IMG/VR virus record: IMGVR_UViG_3300020043_004465
Span: 1 to 32,385 of that record
Reading direction: 5' to 3' (one strand)
From: a virus
Lineage: Duplodnaviria; Caudoviricetes
DNA: 32,385 nucleotides
The notes below the pieces were generated by a model that worked only from the letters and a program-made list of their open reading frames with translations, made no database searches and had not been told where the DNA came from. Made by a program: the position numbers and the translations under genes. Of the stretch, positions 25,479-32,385 are shown one piece after another. Position 1 is the first letter of the stretch. Each line of letters starts with the position of its first letter.

Positions 25479-27638
25479 TTAGTTCTGAGGAATTATTGTT
25501 GTAAAGACGTGAGTAAATGCATCACCGGCAGTCATCTGTGCGGTTATAATAAAATACTGGTCTAATGTCCAATCAATTAAAGTAGTGCTTGAAATTGGTG
25601 CGAGTCCAGTTTCGCCTGAGGTAGAACCCCAACCACTAACTGCACTATTATAATAACTTGTTGTAGAGCCATTTATACTTAGTGTTCTTTCACTAAGGTT
25701 TGGCGATGATGTTACCCCTGCGACTAAAGTAATATAGTTAATCCCTATAAGACTTGGGGCAGTATTAAATGCAGTTCTAATATTTGCCGAACCTGACCCT
25801 GACTTGGATACCCTTGTTCGCACTTGAAATACATCACCTGAACCAAATGTATTAGCAGGAATCAATATGCTAAAGAATACTCCATTAGTAGTCGAAGTGT
25901 ATGTTGTTGGAGTTGTCGAACTAATGAATTGACTAATAAATGTTCCACCAGTATTGTTTACCCATGATAAACTTCCAGTTCCATCTGTCTGCAAAATTTG
26001 ACCACTTGTTCCAGTTCCATTTGGCAAAGTCAATGAGTAAGGACTTGCCATTGCCTGAGACTTAATTGCCACATATTCAGAGCCACTTCCAGATGGCTCT
26101 AAAAGCCTTATCTCTCCGGCAGATGCTCCGTTGCCAAATGTCTTAATTCCGGCTAATGTCTGATTGCCTGTGGTGATTAAGCCTCTGGCAGTATCGGAGG
26201 CATCAGGGATGTTAAATGTGTGGGTGTTGCTTGATGAGGCAATGGTAAAATCACTACCAGTAGTACCTACTGCTAATGTCTGGGTTGCTCCTGTCTGGGT
26301 TGGGCCTGTTGTGCCAACCATTCCGGTGATACCAGTTCCGGCCATTATCCCTGCCTGTTGGGTAACCGTGAAAATGGTTGAGGCAGTTGATGGAGGAGGA
26401 CTTCCTGCGGCATAGAACTGCATGGTTACATTAGCCGCATTAGTTGTACTCCAGACAATCTCATAATATTGCCCTGCCGCAACATCCAATAGATAATTCC
26501 AACTTGTAATTAGATGGCCCTCATTGCCTGCTCCTGCTCCCTTTCGGGCAGGGATTTGGACAAACCCTGCACTTCCTGCTACATCAGTACCATTAAGTCT
26601 TAACCAGATTGTAATGTCATGTTGGGCATTATCAGTATTCTGAAATTGGCTACTGAATTGTAGATTGTAAATCCCGGCATTCGTAAAGGTAATCCTTGAA
26701 TCACTCACAACAGTTACCTGATTGCTCAAGTCCATTGTCCTAAACTTCATTGGATAGCCAGTATTATTAACTGCCGCAGTCTGAGTAAACAGATCCTGAT
26801 ACATGGCATAGTAGCCAGTAGGACTTGCTCCTGCCGGAGTTGCCCAAACATTATCACCCCTCAGAAATGTAGTTGCCGATGCAGTGCCTGTTGCGGATAG
26901 CATGGCAATATCAACGGCACTATTGGCAATAGTTGCCGTAACAGACCCAGTTCCTGATGCAGTTACATCACCAGTAAGCGCAGTAATGCCTCCACCACCG
27001 CCTGAGCCATTGCTTGCCGCAGTAACTCTGCCATAGGAATCAACAGTAATATTTGAATTGGTAAAACTTCCAGAAGGGTCTGGACTAACTGTGTCAAGAC
27101 TAATATCTGGAGCATTGCCTGGTGTAGCACTAAGCGGAGCAGTTGCCGTTACAGCAGTAACAGTTCCAACGGGCAGACCTGAGCCGGGAAAGTAACCAAT
27201 AAGCCTCCAGTTGCCTGAACCCTCACTCACTACCATCACTGAATCCCCTGCTGCTGTAATTATATCAGCTGCACCAGGTAGAATCATCTGGGTGGCATTG
27301 TAAACCAAGGTAACCGCAGTTTCGAAGTTTAGGATAAACCTAGATCCAGCAGGCAATGTGCCAAAGGAGGTAATGCTTATTGAGCCTGAGCCTGTGATGT
27401 GGATAAAGTTGCCTGTTGCTAGAGCAAGGTTAGTTGTGCCACTTACCGCAGTGATGTTGCTACTCTTGCACTCGTAAAAGGCATTCTCAAAGGTTGATTT
27501 GTCCTTCTGCGTAACAAAGCTATCCACAGCCGAATCTATCCAGCCTCTGAGGTCAGCAGGCGAAATGAGCTGTGTAGTATTGTCTGGGAAGTTGGATGTG
27601 CTTAGGGCATCAAGTGCGCTCCTGGTTATGTTAGACAT
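25479..27638 (-). CDS. Tail fibre / receptor-binding protein
   Basis: Thr/Gly/Ser-rich; ITVDSYGRVTAA, LTGDVT, TFLRGD, GTSGQILQTDGTGSLSW fibre motifs; a C1q-like beta domain in the middle. Confidence 0.8.
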   Translation of the reverse strand: MSNITRSALDALSTSNFPDNTTQLISPADLRGWIDSAVDSFVTQKDKSTFENAFYECKSSNITAVSGTTNLALATGNFIHITGSGSISITSFGTLPAGSRFILNFETAVTLVYNATQMILPGAADIITAAGDSVMVVSEGSGNWRLIGYFPGSGLPVGTVTAVTATAPLSATPGNAPDISLDTVSPDPSGSFTNSNITVDSYGRVTAASNGSGGGGGITALTGDVTASGTGSVTATIANSAVDIAMLSATGTASATTFLRGDNVWATPAGASPTGYYAMYQDLFTQTAAVNNTGYPMKFRTMDLSNQVTVVSDSRITFTNAGIYNLQFSSQFQNTDNAQHDITIWLRLNGTDVAGSAGFVQIPARKGAGAGNEGHLITSWNYLLDVAAGQYYEIVWSTTNAANVTMQFYAAGSPPPSTASTIFTVTQQAGIMAGTGITGMVGTTGPTQTGATQTLAVGTTGSDFTIASSSNTHTFNIPDASDTARGLITTGNQTLAGIKTFGNGASAGEIRLLEPSGSGSEYVAIKSQAMASPYSLTLPNGTGTSGQILQTDGTGSLSWVNNTGGTFISQFISSTTPTTYTSTTNGVFFSILIPANTFGSGDVFQVRTRVSKSGSGSANIRTAFNTAPSLIGINYITLVAGVTSSPNLSERTLSINGSTTSYYNSAVSGWGSTSGETGLAPISSTTLIDWTLDQYFIITAQMTAGDAFTHVFTTIIPQN

Positions 27639-27640
27639 GG

Positions 27641-29923
27641 TTAGTTCTCGATGTCATAGCCTGAGTTAAACCCGGTGTCAAATGCTCCACCTGGCTCTGA
27701 TTGTTGTGCTGACACAATCAGATTAAACTTAGTTGTACCGCCGGAGGCATCTTCCGGCTGATTGGTGGCCTCCATGATGAAGCCTTCAATCACTAAACTG
27801 CCAGAGGTGAGCCGCACCTTCTTGTACTGCTCATCTTGGCTCAAAGTTAAGAAATCGCACAGACTTTGCGGATAGCTAAACTCAACTCCAATAGGCTTGA
27901 ACAGGTACTCCTGATAGGCTGCGTTAAGGATGGCAGCTGAGATGTTGCTATCCTCAGCAATTGCCCCTCCTGCTATTTCTATGCAGTCGGCTTTCTCCTC
28001 ACTGCCGTCAATGGTTGATGAATAATTGGTCTGATATTGGCCGACCTGATATTGAAGCACTGGAGTAGTCATGCCATAGGTGTGCATGCCAAGCACCTTC
28101 CACCATCTGCAAGCAATTCGGGCAGGTGTGTGATAGATGTTGTACAGTCCATTCAATGGAGAATTGGAAGCAGTTATGAAGTCAGAGGGCATGGAGACTG
28201 TGCCAGGCGCAAATGAAAATGCTCCTGATTCATCTGGATACCTAAACACCGAATTTTCAACATTGCTGCCAGATAATGTAAATCTGTTCAGCCAAATAAT
28301 GAACGTGTCATAGTCATTTGGCCTATCTGATGAAGCAGCACCAAAAGTAATTTCTGCCATCCTCCGGTAAAACTCTATGGCATAACCTTCACCAATTATT
28401 TGTGAAGTTAGATCGAGCTTGCTGCTGCTCCCCTCCTTCATTGCTCGATTCTGAATAAAGTAATTCCGGTCAGTGTGAATGGCAAAAGCTCCAGATAGCT
28501 GAATGTTCTTCCATTTTTCTGAAAAGCCAATTTTGATTGAGTTTACAAGGTTTTCAGTCTTAGCTAATTGATTAACCTCGCCAACATTTTCAAATGACTG
28601 ACTAACTATGTTCTGGTAAAAGTAGTCTCTTGTCTCAACTCTGATTTTCCACTCAAGGCCAGTCCACTCAAACGCCCATCCGAGGCAGAATATCTTATCT
28701 AAATCCTCAAACACCTGCTTCCAGGTAGTTATCAATTGACTTGAATTTATGCTGCCTTCTGCATTTCTTATTCGAAGTCCATTAGTCAGGGCATTGTTCC
28801 AATAGCATCCATCACCCAACTCGCTAAAGGTGTCTGAAAGTAGCTTATCATTGCTACCAGTCATTACATAGATTGTTCTGCGAAGCCATTGCTCAATCGT
28901 TAGTACATCAGCATCAGTCGCATAAGTTCCTGAGCTGTATTCACTAAGATTAACTGCTGCGCCTTTATAGATGCCTACAAAAACAGGGTCAGTAACGGTA
29001 CTGAAACTTGAGCCAAAGTATAAATTTATTTTTTGTCCTACCGGAACAGTTATGCTTCCTGTAAATGTTTGGTCTATTGTAGTCTGCTGTCCAGCTGTAA
29101 GAGTTATAAGAATAAGAGTTTGAACACTTTGTAATGTATTGCCACTAAAAACTGCTAAGTTTAATCCTACATCAACCGGATTTGGGATTGCTACTGATGC
29201 AGTAGCTTGGAACTTTATTTTAATTATAAACTCAAATGTGCGAGTTGTTGTTCCATTATTGACAAAAATTGGACTATTACCGAGATTACCAAGTCCAAAA
29301 ATTGTAAGCAGGTTAGTGTCAAATGTCTTACCGAATGAGCCTACAAAATCGCTGGCCTGCCAGTAACAAGGCACAACAACAAATCTGCGTGTAGCCGGGC
29401 CAAATGTATCATTATTTAGAAGCGCACCAGTATTAGCCAGACTTTGACCATTAGCAGTCAAGTAAAGGTCTTGCTTATGCAGCCTGATCTCCTTAAATGT
29501 CAATGCTCCTATTGTGCTACCATTGAGGTCGGTTGTGGTGGTCAGGTCAAGCTCGGCATCCTGCCTACTTTTGAAATGCTCCCGGAAGTTATCATCAATG
29601 ATGCCTACGGTTATCTCCCAGCTATCAGTGTCGCACACATTATGCTCCTGATAGATAGCCATGTTAAGGAAGCCATCGAACACATAGGGAGTGCCATTAT
29701 AGCCTACATCAGAAGTGATCTGAATGGCAATAGGCTGATTGATGAAGTATTGGTCATAGATGGCCTTAATGTACTTAGCTCCTTGATTGTAGAAGCGCAC
29801 TTCGGTGCTAAATGGCTGGTCAATGCCATGTGATTCCATGCGGAGAGCAGTAAACTCAATTGCATCCCAGCCAATAGGTTCTTCAACCTCATTGCCATCT
29901 AAGTAGAACTTCCAGTTTGCCAT
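27641..29923 (-). CDS. Tail tip / baseplate hub-like protein
   Basis: 760 aa directly downstream of the tape measure gene; EPIGWD N-terminal motif. Confidence 0.65.
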   Translation of the reverse strand: MANWKFYLDGNEVEEPIGWDAIEFTALRMESHGIDQPFSTEVRFYNQGAKYIKAIYDQYFINQPIAIQITSDVGYNGTPYVFDGFLNMAIYQEHNVCDTDSWEITVGIIDDNFREHFKSRQDAELDLTTTTDLNGSTIGALTFKEIRLHKQDLYLTANGQSLANTGALLNNDTFGPATRRFVVVPCYWQASDFVGSFGKTFDTNLLTIFGLGNLGNSPIFVNNGTTTRTFEFIIKIKFQATASVAIPNPVDVGLNLAVFSGNTLQSVQTLILITLTAGQQTTIDQTFTGSITVPVGQKINLYFGSSFSTVTDPVFVGIYKGAAVNLSEYSSGTYATDADVLTIEQWLRRTIYVMTGSNDKLLSDTFSELGDGCYWNNALTNGLRIRNAEGSINSSQLITTWKQVFEDLDKIFCLGWAFEWTGLEWKIRVETRDYFYQNIVSQSFENVGEVNQLAKTENLVNSIKIGFSEKWKNIQLSGAFAIHTDRNYFIQNRAMKEGSSSKLDLTSQIIGEGYAIEFYRRMAEITFGAASSDRPNDYDTFIIWLNRFTLSGSNVENSVFRYPDESGAFSFAPGTVSMPSDFITASNSPLNGLYNIYHTPARIACRWWKVLGMHTYGMTTPVLQYQVGQYQTNYSSTIDGSEEKADCIEIAGGAIAEDSNISAAILNAAYQEYLFKPIGVEFSYPQSLCDFLTLSQDEQYKKVRLTSGSLVIEGFIMEATNQPEDASGGTTKFNLIVSAQQSEPGGAFDTGFNSGYDIEN

Positions 29924-29927
29924 AGGA

Positions 29928-29935
29928 CAAAGGTA
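29928..29935 (-). promoter_or_regulatory. -7 promoter box TACCTTTG
   Basis: 4 nt upstream of the ATG at 29923. Confidence 0.6.
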
Positions 29936-29965
29936 AAAAGAAAATGCCCCTGAATATCAGAGGCA
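29935..29965 (-). terminator. Intrinsic terminator after the tape measure gene
   Basis: Minus strand TGCCTCTGA-TAT-TCAGGGGCA followed by TTTTCTTTTT. Confidence 0.75.
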
Positions 29966-29993
29966 GTTTCATGTTCATCTAAACCAATAAACA

Positions 29994-32384
29994 CTATGAA
30001 TCGCTTGAACGAAAGCGATTGTTAAGCACCTTAGTTGTTCGCCTCGGTGTCCTAATGTATTTTTCAAAGCCACGCTCATCCATATTTAGCTGGGTGATAG
30101 GCAATGACCTGATGATGCTTCCAAGCTCCCTGAGTTCGCCTACTACCGGAGAGGCTGTGCTGCTGCTCCGGCTGGCATAGTGGCTCGCCATAAATATCTC
30201 CTGCTTGCTAAGGGCATGGTTAGGAATTACCTGTGAGCCTTTAGGAAGATCAACCAGAGTAGCAGTCGGTGGAGTGAAATACACTTTGCCTGATTCGGTT
30301 ACCACTTTCTCAACTCCACGCTCACCGACAATGGCTTTGCCTCCTTTGAACGGCTTGCCCTTAGTACCTTCGGCAAACTCTGGCACTGGCTGAGCAGCGA
30401 TGAAGCCTAACTGAGCTGCTGCTATACCTCCGGCTAGGAACGCAAGTGGTGGATTGCTTACTCCATACTTCATAATCTGCTCAGCAAGCGTAAAGATAAC
30501 CCTTGCTGCTGCTGCTGCTTGGTCAGCCTTAAATTGCTTGATCTTAAGTTCACGCTCTTTCTCTGCTTTCTCCTGGTTAAGCTGGTCAATCTTCTGCTGA
30601 TTGCCATCAGCCAGCCTTATCTCCTCGCTGTATCGCTTATCAAGTAGGCTCAACTCCTTGTTTAATCTTGCCTGGTAAAGGTCAAATGCGCCATCAGTTA
30701 ATGTCTGGCCTAATTCTAATGTCTTCTCTCTTACTGCTTGTCTTTTTTTCTCCTCCTCCTCAATAATTCTGGTCATTTCCTTAACAATCTCGGCCTCACG
30801 TTTCTGATTAGCTTCAATATCTTTGAGACCTTGTTGCATCAGCTTCAGTCGCTCCTTCTGAATGTCCTCCTCCGACTTGACAGCTGAGCGATAGTTCTGC
30901 ATTCTTAATGCCTCGGCCTGCTGATTAAAGTCTTGCTCTGCATTCAGTCGCTCGAGCTTCGTGTTCTGAATTTCGGTGGCAGAAAAAAGTTTATTCTCTT
31001 TATCAAGCATATCGTTGTACTTCTTTTGAAGCTCAATTTTCTTTTCTAAAAATGCCTTCTCTGCGCCAATCCTTGCAAGAGGGTCTTCATATAGCTCACC
31101 GATTAGTATGCGCTGCTGCTTTAATAGTTCATAATATTCAAGTTCAGCCTCATATAGTTTCTTCACATCTTTTGGATCTTTCGCAGGCTCAACCGGAGGC
31201 ACTGTGGCAATTACACCAACAATCTTAGTGTATTGCTCCTCCATCTGTTGTAGCACCTTCAGCTCTTGTTCTTGCTTTGTCAGGTTCATCTGAAGTCTGC
31301 TGTTCATTGTTCCAGCAGCAGCAACCCTTGCCTCAGCTACCTTTTGCATCTGGTTGCTTATGCGATCTTCCATGCCTATAAGCTGATTTCGAGCAATCTG
31401 CTTTCTTATGCCTTCCAGATTAGATGCTGTAATCTTGACAATGCGCTGCTGGTCAAGATTAAATACTTCTCTTGCCAATTCAGCCTCAATTCTTCTGGCC
31501 GCAATCTGGTCATCACTTGCCTTCTTAGCAGCACTTCCACCAGCTGCTGAACTTAATGATGCAGCGATGCCAGCAGCTAAGTCATAAGCACCTTTTAGAA
31601 ATGGATTGAGCTTATTGCCAATTGCCAGAATAAGCTGGTCAATGGATGAGTTAAATCGGTTTTGGGAGGCAGCCAGTGTGGTAACCTGGTCATTGCCCTT
31701 GCCGAATGTATTTTCAAGTTCGGTGGCAAACTTTGGCAGAAAGTCAGCAGCAAGTACCTGCCCTTTCTGGAGCATCTTATTAAGCTCCTGAGTAGTTACA
31801 CCCATAGACTTTGCGGCAATCCCAAATGCGCCTACAAGTCGCTCACCAAGCTGGCCTCTGAGTTCTTCAGCCTGAACATTGCCTTTGGACATCATCTGTC
31901 CGAGTGCCAGGAATGCGCCTTTGGTGTCCTCGGCACTCAGGCCCATCACCTGTGCAGCCTTGGCAACCGCTGCGAATTGCCTATTGGTCTCTTGGCTGCT
32001 TTGCCCGGCTAAGTTAGCAGCAGAGGCAAAGGTCTTGTAGCCTTCCACTGCTCCTCTTAAGTCAAGTCCGAGCTTCTGTGCTGTCTGCCTTATGAACTCA
32101 AAGTTCTTGTTGCCCATCTCAGCAGAGCCAGAAGCAAAGTCAATGGCTTTCTTCATTGACTCAAACTGTATAGTTGTATTGACTAAGGCTGCTGTAAACT
32201 GCTTTATTTTTTCAAAAGCAAAAATTCCAAGAATAGCAGGGCCAATTTTGCCAATTTGCGCCTCTAGCTTATCGAATATATCCTTAGTTTTTTTAGCTGA
32301 TTTTTCAGCTTCATCTCCAAAATTCTTTGACGATTTCGCAGCATCATCAAACTGCTTTTTCATCTTGCCAAGTTCATTGAGCAA
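29994..32384 (-). CDS. Tape measure protein (5' truncated)
   Basis: ALGQMMSKGNVQAEELRGQLGERL tape-measure domain, long coiled-coil, C-terminal FAEGT...AIVGERG.E motif. Confidence 0.93.
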   Translation of the reverse strand: MLNELGKMKKQFDDAAKSSKNFGDEAEKSAKKTKDIFDKLEAQIGKIGPAILGIFAFEKIKQFTAALVNTTIQFESMKKAIDFASGSAEMGNKNFEFIRQTAQKLGLDLRGAVEGYKTFASAANLAGQSSQETNRQFAAVAKAAQVMGLSAEDTKGAFLALGQMMSKGNVQAEELRGQLGERLVGAFGIAAKSMGVTTQELNKMLQKGQVLAADFLPKFATELENTFGKGNDQVTTLAASQNRFNSSIDQLILAIGNKLNPFLKGAYDLAAGIAASLSSAAGGSAAKKASDDQIAARRIEAELAREVFNLDQQRIVKITASNLEGIRKQIARNQLIGMEDRISNQMQKVAEARVAAAGTMNSRLQMNLTKQEQELKVLQQMEEQYTKIVGVIATVPPVEPAKDPKDVKKLYEAELEYYELLKQQRILIGELYEDPLARIGAEKAFLEKKIELQKKYNDMLDKENKLFSATEIQNTKLERLNAEQDFNQQAEALRMQNYRSAVKSEEDIQKERLKLMQQGLKDIEANQKREAEIVKEMTRIIEEEEKKRQAVREKTLELGQTLTDGAFDLYQARLNKELSLLDKRYSEEIRLADGNQQKIDQLNQEKAEKERELKIKQFKADQAAAAARVIFTLAEQIMKYGVSNPPLAFLAGGIAAAQLGFIAAQPVPEFAEGTKGKPFKGGKAIVGERGVEKVVTESGKVYFTPPTATLVDLPKGSQVIPNHALSKQEIFMASHYASRSSSTASPVVGELRELGSIIRSLPITQLNMDERGFEKYIRTPRRTTKVLNNRFRSSDS

Positions 32385-32385
32385 C

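Noticed and set aside
29996-30025. Antisense micro-ORF MNRLNESDC
   Set aside because: Only 9 codons, overlapping the tape measure 3' end; no support beyond the upstream motif.
1298-32012. Many antisense or nested ORFs in the track (e.g. 2251-2469, 6704-6979, 7527-7919, 12882-13238, 29444-29833, 31662-32012)
   Set aside because: They are shadows of well-supported genes, with no motifs or independent expression signals.
1-32385. Stop-codon reassignment, diversity-generating retroelement, introns or inteins
   Set aside because: Genes are intact under the standard code with tight packing. I saw no reverse transcriptase or template/variable repeat pair, and DnaB is of normal length.

Overview
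This window is a large part of a tailed dsDNA phage genome, probably a siphovirus. Repeated TAnnTTTG -7 promoter boxes and AT-rich start regions without Shine-Dalgarno sequences point to a Bacteroidota host. The minus strand carries the virion genes in an unusual order: tape measure, tail/baseplate genes, tail tube, portal, minor head protein, lysis cassette, adaptor, neck, GT25 glycosyltransferase, scaffold, major capsid. Two plus-strand islands interrupt this run. A second block holds VRR-NUC, a methyltransferase, a replication initiator, DnaB, a ParB-like protein and a TET-associated-type glycosyltransferase, with SSB-like and Gp157 genes diverging on the plus strand. The 3' end of a large terminase sits at the left edge in the opposite orientation. 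I saw no integrase, DNA polymerase, tRNA or CRISPR array. The most striking features are: (i) two intergenic arrays of different short palindromes/direct repeats (14820-14940, 18143-18241) that look like collections of protein-binding sites; (ii) a structured leader RNA with pseudoknot potential upstream of the replication genes; (iii) three unrelated glycosyltransferases, one inside the head/neck operon; (iv) a DnaJ-type zinc finger in the portal and Cys-rich virion proteins; (v) a probable inversion or chimeric junction near position 400. All calls come from reading motifs by eye; no database searches were run.
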